A DNA stretch of 64,000 bases from NCBI GenBank assembly GCA_028534125.1, contig CM052816.1, positions 17,920,001 to 17,984,000 on the forward strand, in the 5' to 3' direction. The translations under genes and the position numbers were made by a program. Below are positions 37,880 through 50,790 of the stretch, in pieces (position 1 is the first letter of the stretch; each line of letters starts with the position of its first letter). The stretch is from Lama glama. Taxonomy: Eukaryota. A model generated the notes under the pieces. It was not told where the DNA came from. It worked only from the letters and a program-made list of their open reading frames with translations, and did not search any database.

Positions 37880-38038
37880 TCTTCCTTTTCTTATAAAGAT
37901 ACCAATTCTATTGGACTAGGACCCCACCCTTATGACCTCATTTAACCTTAATTACCCCCTGAAAGCCTTATCAAATATAGTCACATAGACAGAGCTTCGA
38001 CATATGAATTTCATGGGGACATGATTCCGTCTATGGCA
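37880..38038 (-). mobile_element. MLT1 (MaLR) LTR fragment
   Basis: ccccacccttatgacctcatttaaccttaattacc...atagtcacat...catatgaattt. Confidence 0.75.
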
Positions 38039-38639
38039 CCAGGGTTTGAGAGAATGAGCAGGGGATGGCAGGTAAAGAGCAAAGTGAATGTTCCTCCCCT
38101 CCTTACCACAGTCATAAGTAAACATTAGAAAGGAGACAGATGCAAATTTAGGAAAGAGCAAGATATCATTACTATCCCAGGAGGAAAGAGACTGTTACAT
38201 TTCCAGTTGTTAAAGATTCAACCACACGCACAGAATAAATGTATCTCATTTAGGTCTGGAAGTTTTCTGCCTTTATTCTTAATTAGAGCATTTGCTTTGT
38301 AAAGACCTCATATTTTTCTGAGAAGCATCATCAGCAAATTTAACTCAAGAAGAAAAGTAATTAATTTCAGAAATGGAGGCTGCCAGTCATAGGCTGGCAT
38401 AAACCACGTTGCTAGTGAGCAGCTCCAGCTTTTGGGGTTTATTTCTGTTGCTTTTGTCAAAACTGTTGGGCTGAGCAGACAGTCCCAATTGGGTAGAAAT
38501 GGTGAATACATTGGCTTGAAGTCTTATGGATATTGATATAAACTAAACTAGCCTGGTAAGATGGCCAGTTTACACCCCACCCCTCTACACATACACACAC
38601 ATTTTTTTTTCTTTTGCTAGCTTTGAAGGTTTTCTTATT

Positions 38640-38900
38640 TTAATCATCATATTTGGTGGCCTTAGAATTTCAGACAAACCAACCACAGCAATGAGTAGTA
38701 AAGGAAATCCTGATGCTGAACACAATAAAAGAATTATTCTACTTGTAGGAGATGAGGATAGAGTCTTTCTCCTCTGACCAACTGATAGAATAAATGATGC
38801 TAGCCGATTTCTTGGGAGTTTGTTTCTTTTCAAATGCTGCTGGACTGAATTTGCTAGCATTTTATTTAGGGATTTTTTTTTAATCTGCTAATTTGTAGGT
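38640..38900 (-). mobile_element. Old L1 ORF2 fragment
   Basis: tgctggactgaatttgctagcattttatttagggattttt is the reverse complement of L1 ORF2 (LANSVQQH). Confidence 0.5.
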
Positions 38901-39229
38901 TGGGTGTGTGTTCCACACTCATCCTTTTCAGTCAGATCAGAGCATCAGAGTTAGGCTAGCTTTGTAAAATGCCCAGTAAATTTGAAAAGTACCACAATGG
39001 ATAAAAAAGGTGTTTGACCAAGCGTATTCTGATACTGTGTCATGGGGTTGGGAACAGGAATAAGCCATTGAACTTAGCTGCTGAGCTACAGTTGCCCATT
39101 TGGCACTTCTGTGACCACCCCATCTGCTCAGCCCCTCTCCCTCACTTCCTCTCTAAGCACACTGCTCATCCTCCTGCAAGGCTCAGCATATTTTACAGCT
39201 GTATATATAAGTTGGTCTGCTTACTTGTT

Positions 39230-39360
39230 ATACTGTCTTTCACTGAACTTTAAGCTCTATGAGGGTAAAACCATGCCCATTTTATTCACCAAAATTTACC
39301 TAGCACACTGCCTGAGCATAACAGGGGCTTGAGAAATACTTATTGAATAAATTATGGATG
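39230..39360 (+). mobile_element. L2 3' end
   Basis: taagctctatgaggg...cctagcacactgcctgagcata...aaatacttattgaataa. Confidence 0.65.
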
Positions 39361-39429
39361 TTAGGCAAGTTTCCATCTGACCCAAGGTAAGCTTTATTAC
39401 TGAGCTAGAAGACAGAGAATTTGTAACAT

Positions 39430-39790
39430 TAATTACTACTAATTACCCTATACTGAGTATTGACTGTATATGATGGATGCTATACACTATAACTATTTAC
39501 AATACACCACGTACTAAGAGCATTCTATACCAATCAGTTGATAATATGTTCTCTCATGTGATCTTTTCAAAAATCCTACAAAGTAGGCTCAGAAATAGTA
39601 AATAATTTTTTTCTGTTTATATTAAAACATTTTTTGATTTACAGTGCTGTGTTAGTTTCTGGTGTACAGCATAGTGATTCAGTCATACATATATAAACAC
39701 ACATAATTTTCTTAAAGGCACCCGGTTAGAAGCTAGGATTTGAACCCGAGTCTTTTCAACCTCAAAGGCTGTATTCTTTACAACTATGAG
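39430..39790 (-). mobile_element. MIR interrupted by a short minus-strand L1 3' end (~39610-39710)
   Basis: MIR motifs (ggctcagaaa, ggatttgaacccgagtct). Insert gatttacagtgctgtgttagtttctggtgtacagcatagtgattcag flanked by ataatttt repeats. Confidence 0.6.
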
Positions 39791-40449
39791 AAAGTGTTTT
39801 CTCCCTAAAATATGTCACAGCAAAGAAAAAAACGGGCTCAGTAAATTTTCACTAACATAAGGCCATGTCTTGGCTTATTTATTCCAAATGTGAGCTTCTT
39901 GGGCCAATGTTACATTAACATTTAGAAGGATTTTCACTATATATAATGAAACTATTGTTGCATGTAGAATAAATGTGGTTGCTTAAATGCTTAAGGAACA
40001 GTGTTTAAAATGCAGCACTCATCACCAGAAAACAATCCTCCTCTCCCTTCTTTGTTCATGATAATGTGCTCAGAGAGGGAAAGAGAAAGGGGTAGGGTCT
40101 TCCTCCCTCTCACCCTCTATCTCTAGGCAGGGAGTCTGGCAGTTAGGGGGCTGGAGGCTGCAGAACTGTGTTCCCAGCCATGACAGGAGCTCAAAGGAGA
40201 TGGGCTGGAGGACTCCAGTGCTTCAACATGGTGGTCATGAGGGACCCACTCCTGCACTTCTCCCTCCTAAACCAGCCCAGCCCCACAACCTCATGTTTTA
40301 AGGATTATCTTGGGTCAGCTCAAGAAAGAAGCAATTCTATGGCAGATACATTAATGATTTTCTCTCCTTTGGGGTTGGAAAGGAGTGGGGACCAGAAAAT
40401 GAGTATGGTCTACAAAGGCAGGCAGACTGCATGGAGTTGATTTATGCAA

Positions 40450-41810
40450 GAAACACTGACTGAACAACTTGTAGATGCTTGAATCCAGGGATACAATCAG
40501 GGATGAAAGCCGATGAAGTGAGAGTATAAAAAAATCACCATTTTTATAAGCACACTTGTGTTACACACCAAGATGGACAAATCGCGGGTGCTCTGAAAAG
40601 GTAAGCTACTAGGCTGAGGATAGGTCTCCCTGAGGCACTGACATTTCAAGTCTGAAAGAAAGGTAGCAGGTGGCCAGTTGTCAGGGTTTGGGACACAGTA
40701 AAAGCATTCTAGACAGAAATAACTTTATGAGCAAATTTTCTGAGGAAGGAAGGACATACGGCCAAAATGAAGAACAGAGATGGGGCTGGCGTGGCTAGAA
40801 CTGGAAGCAAAAACTGGATGAGGGCCAGGAGGCACAGGCAGAGACTCTCAGCAGCAGTGGGAGCCAGTGAGAGGGTCTGAACAATGGAGGGACAAGCTGG
40901 ACATGTTACACACTGCAGTCTGACCGCCGTCAGGAGAACCAGCTGGAAGAGGCAGGGAGGAAGGGGCACTGTTTGAGAACAGCTGGATTTTCACTGTAGG
41001 GAGAGAACTGGTGCCTGGTGGAGACAGTAGAGATGGAGAGAAAGGGGAAGGCTTACGTTTTATCTTGGAAATGGAACTGTCAGGTCTGGACAGCTGATTG
41101 GACGTAGGAGGTAAGAAATACAGAGGTATAAAAGGTGTTTCACATTCTGAGCTGAACAACCAATCAGGTTGCTGGAGATGCCACTGTTGACACAGGGGGA
41201 CACTGTGGGAAGGAAAGACGTACAGGGCTAAATTAAAACCTCTTTTTGGCTGTGTTTTGGTTGAAAAGCTTGAGACGTCATGTAGTCCACTGGATATATT
41301 TATCTGGAGCTTAGAAGTAAGGTCAGGGCTGGAAAGTTAAATTCTAATTTCATGTGATGAATACCGAACCCTTACTCTGAGGCAAGCATCATGCTTGGGC
41401 CTCTTCTTCCCAGAGAATCAGACTCAAGCATAAGACCATATGCTGGAAACGCCAACAGTGAGATACACATGAGCAATGGAAAGGGCCCTGAAGTGCAGAA
41501 CTATGGTAACCAATCGGGGGTGGGAGGAAGAAGACGGAGAAGGAAGGAAGATGGGAAAGGAATCCATGAAGGGGTAAAAGTTGGTCCAAGTCTCAAAGGC
41601 TGAGGAGGATTGCAACAGGCAAAGAAGCAGCAGAAGGCACTCTAGGTAGAAAGAAAATTCTGATCCAGGGCATCATGTAAGCACAGGGTGTTATGGTGGG
41701 GATAAAAAGCCCTATTTGAGGGACACAAGAAGATAGGAAGGCTGGAAAAGCATGCTAGAGTCAGACTGCCCAAGGCCTTGGGCAGGTGAAACCAAGGAGT
41801 TTGGATTTTA
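40450..41810 (-). mobile_element. L2 fragments
   Basis: Purine-rich reverse complement of L2 (gagatggagagaaagg...gctgattggacgtaggagg...ggagatgccact...tctggagcttagaag). Confidence 0.65.
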
Positions 41811-41817
41811 TAACATC

Positions 41818-41940
41818 CAATGATTTCCAATCCTGGCAGCACATCAGAAGTTACTTGGGAGAGATTATAAAAATTCATGTCCCCAAGCTCCATCCATTGA
41901 AATTCCGACTCCATAATCTAAGGAAGGAATCCAGAGACCC
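41818..41940. mobile_element. MER5-like hAT fragment
   Basis: caatgatttccaatcctggcagcacatcagaagttacttggg. Confidence 0.55.
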
Positions 41941-42029
41941 TTGGAGGTTCTCAGAGAGCTAATCTGGACACTGTCATGGGGTACCACTGATGTCCACGGT
42001 GGGAGACAAAAGTCCATGCCTGCCCTGGG

Positions 42030-42250
42030 TACCTCATGTAGATAGAATCATACAGTATGTGTCTTTTCATGTCTGACTTATATCACTTAACAAAATGTCC
42101 TCAAGTTTCATCCATGTTGTAGCACGTAAGCTGAATATTCCATTATGTGGACATACCACATTTTGTTTCTCCAATCATCCACTGATGGACACTTGGGACG
42201 TTTCTACCTTTTGGCTATTGTGAATAGTGTTGTTGTGAACATGGGTGTAC
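42030..42250 (-). mobile_element. L1 3' fragment
   Basis: ttcatccatgttgtagca...ctgatggacacttggg...ttggctattgtgaatagtg. Confidence 0.75.
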
Positions 42251-42390
42251 TTTCAGGGAGTTTTAAAACTCAGTATCTGGATTGCACCTAGACTATCCAA
42301 ATCCAAACTTCTGAGATAGGACCCAGGCATCAGTATTTTTAAAAACACTCCAAGTAATTCCAATGTGCATCCAAGAGAGAGAACCACCAT
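42250..42390. mobile_element. MER5-like hAT fragment
   Basis: ggacccaggcatcagtatttttaaaaacactccaagtaattccaatgtgcatccaag...gagaaccac. Confidence 0.65.
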
Positions 42391-43669
42391 TTAAAGTAAA
42401 AGGAGGCTGTTTACAGCAGAAGCAGAGATAAGAAAAACAGAAGTATTTGCATGTTGGTCCCTGTTCCCTCTCTTCCTGCAAAGTCCTTCTTCCTGACTCC
42501 CCAGGACAGAAAACAACAGCCTTGAGGTAAGCCCTGGGTTGGCAGTCCTTTAAATCCCTTTGTCCCAAAACTAAAGTGCATGTCAGACACATGAAAAGTA
42601 TATCTTCATGGCCATTTTCAAGCAGTTTGATTTGTCTAGGTGATTTGGATTGGAAACAGCCTTAATCTGGTACTTGGTTCCAGGACATCTATGACCCAAG
42701 ACTGATACTCAGGTGGTGGCGGTGCACATTTCATGGGGATGGCACGTGGCTTCCATAAGCCTACCTTCCTCCAGCAGGCATGCTGAGGCTTTGGGACAGG
42801 AGGACACACTCTAGGGCCAGACTGAGAAGGCAGAAGTGGTTTCTAGAAGTGCTGTCCAGGGAACCTACAGATGGGATTCTTAATGTGGCTATTGGGACAA
42901 GCGGCAGATACCTACACGCAATAATTAGGCCAAAGGAACCTGGAAGGGTTTGCAAACATATCTGTAGAGGAGAGAGGCAGGCACACCTTAGTTATTTCAG
43001 AGCTTCCTAGACAGACAGCTGCAGTGGATAAGGTGCCCAACCCAACTCTAAAGGGGTGAGCACTGCTCTGGTAGAAGACTTGTAATTCTCTCTGACTTTA
43101 AATTCTTCATCTCTTTCAAAGCAATAGTTCTACCTGGGGAGGACTAGCCTTTCCTAGGTAATTTTGGAAAGTCCAATTGTGGTTAGCTTAGAAGTCAACT
43201 AGTCTTGGATTATTTTGCTCTCACATGATAATGTTGAGTTAATCCCTCACAGATAACCAAGAAAGTAATACATTTTCCCGATAGTTTTTTTTTATAATCA
43301 TCATTACACAGTCCAATGCCCCAACTCCTTTATTTATAAAAAAAGGTGAGAGAGAAAACAGATCAATATTTATAATTTGTTACAAACACAGTGGCTTCTA
43401 TAAAGACACCAGCAAAAAAGGGTAATGTGCAGAGAGGGAGAGATGGCCCGAGAGTAAACTTGCTGCATCTCAAAATCCTACAGGGAAAAGCAATGAACCG
43501 CAGCTACATTACAGAAAAAATATACCCTTCCAAACCAGGAGCGGGGCAGGGAGATGGCCAGGCCAGGGAGAAAAGCATAAATCCAGTGGGAGGAGAACAG
43601 CATACAAATGACCTAATTCACACTCTGCATAAAGACAGCATCCTAAACGGTGAGGGGCGGTGGCTGACC

Positions 43670-43850
43670 CAGGGTCCTGGAGCCCTCCAATCCGGGGTTC
43701 ACGCCCCTGCTCTGTTATTTACCAGATCTTGGAAGGTTACCCACTGTCAACCTCAGTTTCCTCATCTGTGAACTGGAGATACGGTACCTATTATTCAAGG
43801 GCTTGTGGAGCTGAATGAGATAACCCACGTGGAAGTGCTGGCACTGAGGG
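43670..43850 (+). mobile_element. MIR SINE
   Basis: cctcagtttcctcatctgtgaactggagata core. Confidence 0.75.
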
Positions 43851-43989
43851 GTGGTTGTTACAAATGCCTCTCAGAGGCAGCAGAGGTTTCCTTCTCTGGG
43901 GCCAACTGTGTGTCAGTTACTGATCTTGGTAAGCGGAGGAAATTCTGTTTTGTTTTTTTTATTTTCATTTTCTAGCATTTCAAAGATGT

Positions 43990-44985
43990 GGAACCTCACT
44001 CCTAAGAGAAATGAAAATTAAACTACCCTAAAACAGCATTTTTCACCCATCAGATTGGCTAACATCCTAAAGTTTGATAACACACTCTGATGTAGACACT
44101 GTGATGAATCAGGTACTAATGTGAATGGTACAACCACTAGGAGGATACCTGGCAATATGTCAAAATTACAAATGCACAAATCCTTGGTTTATGTACCATG
44201 TTAGCAATTAAAGGATTTTTTTTTACAACATCAGAAGATTACAAACAACCCAAATATCCATCAATAAGGGGGTATTTAATTAAATTATGTTGCATCCATT
44301 CCACAGATTACTTTGTAGCATAGTAAAGTAGTTTTTTTTTTTTTTGTACTGACATGGGCATTCTCCCAGATCTATTTTAAGTTAAATAAAAAGCAAGATG
44401 CAGACCAGTGTCTGTAACAAGCTATACTTTGAGTCCCCAAAAGAATGTAAATAAGAATACTTACTGGGGGGTAGAGGGTGGGAAGGGATAGACTGGGATT
44501 TCAAAATTGTAGAATAGATAAACAAGATTACACTGTATAGCACAGGGAAATATACACAAAATGTTATGATAAATCACAGAGAAAAAAATGTGACAATGAG
44601 TGTGCATGTCCATGAATGACTGAAAAATTGTGCTGAACACTGGAGTTTGACACAACATTGTAAAATGATTATAAATCAATAAAAAGTTAAAAAAAAACTT
44701 TTAAACCAAAAATAAAATAAAATAAAATAAAAGTTACGCATGGCGACAAAAAAAGAAGAATACTTACTCACATTTGGCTAATATAGCTGTAAAGAAACTG
44801 AAAGATGCATAAGAAATTAAAAAAGTACATGCCTATACGGTGGGCAGTAACTGGCCTGGGTGGGGTAAGGCAAGGGAAAGAGACTTCTCATTACCTATTT
44901 ATTTATACTTCTTTATTCTTTTAACGGTTCAAATCATGTGATTGCATTACCTATCAAAAATTAATCAAGTAATAATTTCAAAAAT
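43990..44985 (+). mobile_element. Old L1ME-like 3' fragment, interrupted by a young L1
   Basis: tttcacccatcagattggc, aaacaacccaaatatccatcaatagg-like and other L1ME 3' motifs. Confidence 0.65.
44466..44755 (+). mobile_element. Young 5'-truncated camelid-type L1 3' end with perfect TSD
   Basis: 13-bp TSD AAGAATACTTACT at 44453-44465 and 44756-44768. L1 3' UTR with AATAAA 44678-44683. Confidence 0.9.
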
Positions 44986-47900
44986 TCAGTGTTCTGGAAG
45001 CTATCCTGTATTTTGAGGTCAGTCTTACTGGCTTGAACCTAGCCCTGTCGGGGTCATCCTGGCCCACTCTCTGTTAAAACATATCTTCCTGGAGTTCCCT
45101 CTTCATGTCCCAAACCTTGTTCACCTTGAGAGAACTCAAACAGGCACTACTGCCTCTGAAGGAGCAGAACTCACCAGATGTGGACAGGACAGTGCACAGC
45201 ACGAACCTAGTTTCTGAGCCTACCTCTGCCTCCAACTGCTTGACCTTGACCTTGGCTGGACAACTTGCTTCCTTTGCCTGGGTCTCAGTTTATCATTCTG
45301 TAAACTCAGGATGTTGCTCTAGCATTTGTTCCTTTTGGTTATTAAATTTGAAGACAAATATCAAATGACACGTGCCCTTGCCCACTTAGTCCCTCACTTC
45401 CTTTGATTTCCTCACCACATCCTTCTTTTTTCAAACATTATCTAAATATCTATCATGTGCCTGGTATGGTGCTAGGTGCTCTAGGAATACAAAGATGAAA
45501 GACAACGGCTTTACCATCAAAGAAGTCATGGTTGGGGGAAAGAGAATACAAAAGGCAATCACAGGACAAAGGGAAATCCCTCCCGTTGACTAAACCCTAC
45601 CAAAAAAGCTCTCAGAAATACAAAATGCCAGTAGGGCCCAAAGGGGCATGGAGCGTCCTGATGATGGCAGTCCCTGCGAGTAATAAACCAAATGCCTGTT
45701 TTCCCCTAAACCCACATATTCCTGCTGCCCTAAAACTTGAACATCTTGGATTCCTTTTCCCTACTCTTTGGCTCCTTTCTCGGCCAACTTTAATTCTTCC
45801 CTTTGGCTTTTACTGCCCTTATGTTGATCAAAACCCTATTCACTTCACTGCTTGCCTGGGTTGATCCTGGAAGCTCATTATTGGCCTTTTACTATTCCCA
45901 TTTCCTCTTAATTCTGTCCGTCATACATATACTTGCCAGGCAAGTATTCCTAAAATATTTCACTCCATTTAGTCTCCTGAAAAATCAATCTCTGAATATG
46001 AAAATGGGAAATGAGCAAAATGAATGGTGAGCTCTTGCTCTTCAGTATTTGGAGAATGAGAGCTCTCTATCGTGTTTCATTTCCACAGATCTGCTATGTA
46101 GTAAGGAAAGATGAATGGTGACCCCACCAAGACATGCCAAGATCCTCAGGTGCCTACTTAACATCGAAGAAAAATACCTGTTTGATCCTAATTTAGTGAT
46201 ATGCATTTTGTTGTATAGTAGGAATAGTGTATGTGTAGTAACTCTTTATTAACCAGTGTACTTGAGTAACCAGGAACCTTAGTTCCATAAGTTTGAGAGT
46301 AGAGTTTACGCTACCTAATCAGTAATTTTGTCCTGCAAACAACTTTCAAGATTGTGGATTTGTATATTTTGTCAGTGGAGACATCAAATTGATTCTGATT
46401 TTAAAAATCAGAAGACGTTTATTATAGTACCTTATATGTAATTTCTATTAAGTTGTTACCATCCCCTCAAAAAGAAAAAAACCTCAACCACAGATGAGTA
46501 ACAACCACAAATAATCACCAATAACAAATCCACACAGATTAGAATAAATATCATTATAATTACCTGTTCAGGAAAAAAAAAGTAAAACAATTGGGCAAAT
46601 TGCTTAGCAGATTATACAACGGCTGTTTGGGAATTTTAAATGTGTGTCAACGGAAGTGCAAATATTTATCTTCTCTATTTCTCAGTGTAACATAGTCAAT
46701 AAACATTTCCCTCTGATGTACAGCTACCTGCAGTATCACTCACTGGAATTTAATTCATTTGCAAATCCTTTCCCACTGTCTTGGGACGATACGCTTCCAA
46801 CCTGACTACTGGGGATCAAAGATACTTTTTCCTTTGATACTTGAACACTGCCCAGCTTGTATCAGTGTCGTGCTAGGCACTCAACGGTCTTATTCAACAT
46901 AGAGAAAAATTGGATATTTTAACCAGAAAGCTCAGGGAATTAGAATTTGAAAAAGCAAGGAGGATCGTGGCTCTACTTATATTCATCAGAATTTTGCATG
47001 GTTGGGGTTATAAAAATACCCATTCAAAGCCATACTTGAGGCAATGACACTACCTTCAAATGCCACAATTATAAATTATCGTGTAGTTCCAGATTCCCTG
47101 TGTTAGTCTCTTTATCCCCATCTTTGAGGTCAGAATCTTGCTAATGGTCCCTTGGTCTGTCAAAACCAGCGATTCCGACACTGATGCATGATCAGTGGGC
47201 CCCTTGCTCCCCAGCAGGTAGACTCTGACCCTGTGGGGACCCAGGCTGCTGGGAGCCTGTTGGAGCTGTGGGGGTCTGGGGAAGGCCCCTTCTCCGTGGC
47301 TTCTTATCCTCTCCCTGCTGAAGCTGGCTTCATGGGAAATGAACCCTGTCCTATGGTACAGGAAATGCTCTTGCTTCCTACTTGCATCTTCTCTTTCTAG
47401 CCAAAAACCAAAGCCATGAGGAAATGGCGTGGGTACCATTCCCACTGCCAACCACCACCAGCCCCACAGATCACTGACCTTAGCTAGACAGTGTTGACAA
47501 CCCATTATAAAGACCAAGAGGCAGCCAACCCAAGGACACAGCCCAGGCAAGGGACCTGACCAAGGTTAGAACCCTGGCTTGTCTGCTGTAGAACAAGTAC
47601 TTTTAAACCACTCTTGCCCAAGTAGGGCACGGTCTTTACCAGCAGACTTCTAATGACCCTGCAGTCACACCCACACAGGCAGGCCTGAACCAAGGGCCCA
47701 TTTCCAGCCCTCTTCTGCCTCCTGAAGAGAAGCCTATTCCTCAGCCCAATCCCTGTGCCGGGCCTGCTTCCTGGATGCTTTGGGGGCCACATGATCCACA
47801 GCTGTTTGGCTTTTGCTAGTCTTGCAGAGGAGGGGGTCTTCTCTTCCTCATGCTTGCCATATACACCCAGTCTTTCATGTCGACCACTCACCTGACTCAA

Positions 47901-48399
47901 TTTATTCCAGATGTGTACATGCTCCTTAAGTAAGGGGATCCACATCTGGGTTACAGGTGGCCTGCTGGTCTCATCCTGCTCCAGCCAGCACAGCCGTCAT
48001 GACTGCTCACTTTTATTCAACTCACTGTGCCCCTGAGTGCTGAAAGCCTGCTCAGGGGTCAAGTATCTCTGTAATATTCATACTTTAATATTCTTCATGG
48101 GGTTTATTTTACTTCTAAACCATCCCTCATAAAACCAGCTAGATCTGAACAATGGAGACATAGGTATTCTGGCAATTATTCCCATAAGTACCCAATTTCT
48201 TCTTTTACAGTCCCATTCAATAGTACCATGCACCTAATAAAAACCCAGTACATGTTCTCTCTTTGCTAATGTGCTCTGCTTCCTTTTGAACACTCTTATG
48301 AATGTCTGGTCCTATTTACAATTTTCTACAAGTGGATCAAAATAGATGGAACTAACCTGCTCTTCCAGCTTCTTTGAGTCATGCCCAGGTCTGAGTTTA

Positions 48400-48905
48400 A
48401 TCAGGTGATTTAGGTGTGTAATATGTTCATGTTGGGAAAATAACTGCTGAATCAGTTTAGAGGGCCACTGAGCAAGACTAATGTTACTGCCCAAAGCCCA
48501 GCATCATTTGTTTCCACAACCTCAAACTTCTGCGCTCCAGCTACATGGAATGTATTTATTTCTACGGCAGGGCCAGGATCTCTCCTCATTCCCTCTCTAC
48601 AAATGCTGTTCCCCCTGTATAAACACCCCTTCCCTCTCCTGTTGTCTTGCAAATTCCCACTCATCCTCTGTGATTTTGTAGCATGGTCACTACTTCTTTC
48701 AAGAAGCCTCCCCTAATCACATCTTCTAAATCAAGTCCCGTAAGGTTTATCGCACATTGCCATTATTGGTTTTCCCTACTAGACATAAATTCCTGAGGCC
48801 CTCATACTGTTCTCGTATTGCTCTCCACTGTGTGCCCAAGGCTTAGTATGATACCCGACCTGTAACAAGCCACAAAACAAAGATTTAGGGGATAAATGGA
48901 TGAGG
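48400..48905 (+). mobile_element. L2 3' region
   Basis: gcaaattcccactcatcct...gtcactacttctttcaagaagcctcccct...ctactagacataaattcctgagg. Confidence 0.55.
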
Positions 48906-49384
48906 GATTAAGGGAGTGAGCAAAGGGTCAAATGTCCCATACCACCATGTGACTGATTATGATTTAACCAATATCAAAGAGTGATCACATCTATTATCAT
49001 TGTTAAAGATTTACAGAACACACTGCTGAGTGAAAAAAAATTAGCTATAAAAATGCATGAGTGTTAGAATCCCATTTCTAGAAAATTCTATTTCACAGAG
49101 AAGAGAGAAAATGAACTGTCTGGAAGATGTCTACCAAAATGTTAAAATACTGAGATACAGAAATTGGGGGAATTTTTTTGTTTTACTTTCTTTTTAAACA
49201 TTTCCATAATGCTTGAAAATCTCATGAAAATCAGTCAGATTTATAACAATCTCCTAAACAACGCTACTAATTTTGGACTTATAAATATATGCAAGTGTTT
49301 GTGTTTTGTTCTTCTGAAGCCTGCAGGATAGAAGGACAGCTACTTGAGGTCAGGAGCCACAAAAACAGTAGTGCAGTCAGAGCA

Positions 49385-49854
49385 TAGGGCTGGAAAATTT
49401 CTCCCTTCTTCCCTTCTTTGGCTGCTCTCAAAATTAAAGATGTAAGACAGATTAATAGGAGAAAAACAAACTTAGTTTCATATGTATGGGCTGCCCAAAA
49501 ACATGAGACCCAAGAGCAAATCAGACAACGAGACTCCTATGCCATCCTGAACTAAGGACCGTGACAGAGGCCTGGGGCTTCAAAGAGGAGGAACGTTAAT
49601 TCTCAGAATTAAAAGAAGAGCAGATGCTCGGTAAGGAGAAGTTTGCTCTGCCGGGCAGAGAGGTCTTTCAGATTTAAAAAGTTTTCTCTGCTAATAGCTC
49701 TCCTTCATTAAGCCTTCGTGTCTAAATTCTTCTCAGTAGTTAAGGAAGAGGTAGAAGTTTTTCCTGAGTCTTCTGGGTCTTGACTGCCTTCAGCTCAAAA
49801 CAATTCACATGCCAAAGCGGCGTATTGGGAGGCGGTGTACTCTGCTTCCCCTCA
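49385..49854 (-). mobile_element. Solo LTR, MER34/MER39-related ERV1
   Basis: aagacagattaataggagaaaaacaaa ... tgccttcagctcaaaacaattcacatgccaaagcggcgtatt ... ctca (reverse complement of the TGA start). Confidence 0.75.
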
Positions 49855-50389
49855 AGCTTGTGGGGCATGTAGGAAGTGGCATTTACACGGAGGTTCTGGA
49901 GAGAAACAGGGTCTCCGCATACCTAACACACTCTTCTTACTTAAAAGTTTGTTTTCCTCATCTCTGCAGGAGATTTCTGCAGGTTTCCAATTAAAAACAT
50001 AAACAAACCAACATGAAAACAACAATGATGCGTTTCCTATGATTTGGCTGTACTTTTTATTGTCTGGAAAACGTGTAACTCATCCCAGAGGTGGTATCTC
50101 AATAGCTATCATTTGTGTTTTCAGTTTTTCCTCCCTTCCTCCTACCCCCTACCACTCCCCAAATAAAATGCAGATTATCCTGTCTGTCTTCTAGTACTAG
50201 GCCTGGGGTTTTGAAACCTGTCCATGTGACCTACACACTAGGCTTGGTTGATTACTGACATCCTCTTATTGCTAACAAGGAAGCTAACAAACACTAAATA
50301 CCTGAAAATTATAGAAATTTACCCTTGTGTGTAATACCAAGAGGAAAAAGACAAGAAAAAACAACCTAAACCTTCTCCAATATGGAACC

Positions 50390-50790
50390 AAAGTTTGGTG
50401 CTACCCTGTTATGAACAATGAAATAGGAGTTTAAAAGAAGGGAGCCTGGACACTCTTACCAACATGCTGACATATCCAAGACACATTGCTGAGTGTGAAA
50501 AGCAAATTGCAGCATAAAACAGAGTATGATTCTATTTACAAAACAAATATACGCCAAAAAAATCACTACTATATCTATTTTACAGGAACGTATGTATGTA
50601 AGCACACAGAAAATTCTGGAAGGACACAAAAAGCTGAAAACGCTGTAACTTTTTGGTAGGACAGCAGACTCTTGGGTGACAACAGGGACTGAGATCAAAT
50701 TAGACTTTTGTGTTCTTTAAATTGCTTTAATTTTTATAAGGAGAATGTAACTGTATATCATTTTATAGCTAAAAATTAATTTATACAATT
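50390..50790 (+). mobile_element. Old L1ME-like 3' UTR fragment
   Basis: ttgctgagtgtgaaaagcaaattgcag...tctggaaggacaca. Confidence 0.55.

Noticed and set aside
47056..47945. Overlapping 164-aa and 146-aa minus-strand ORFs as a protein gene
   Set aside because: No recognisable domains, and they run through the best splice sites; kept only as candidate non-coding exons.
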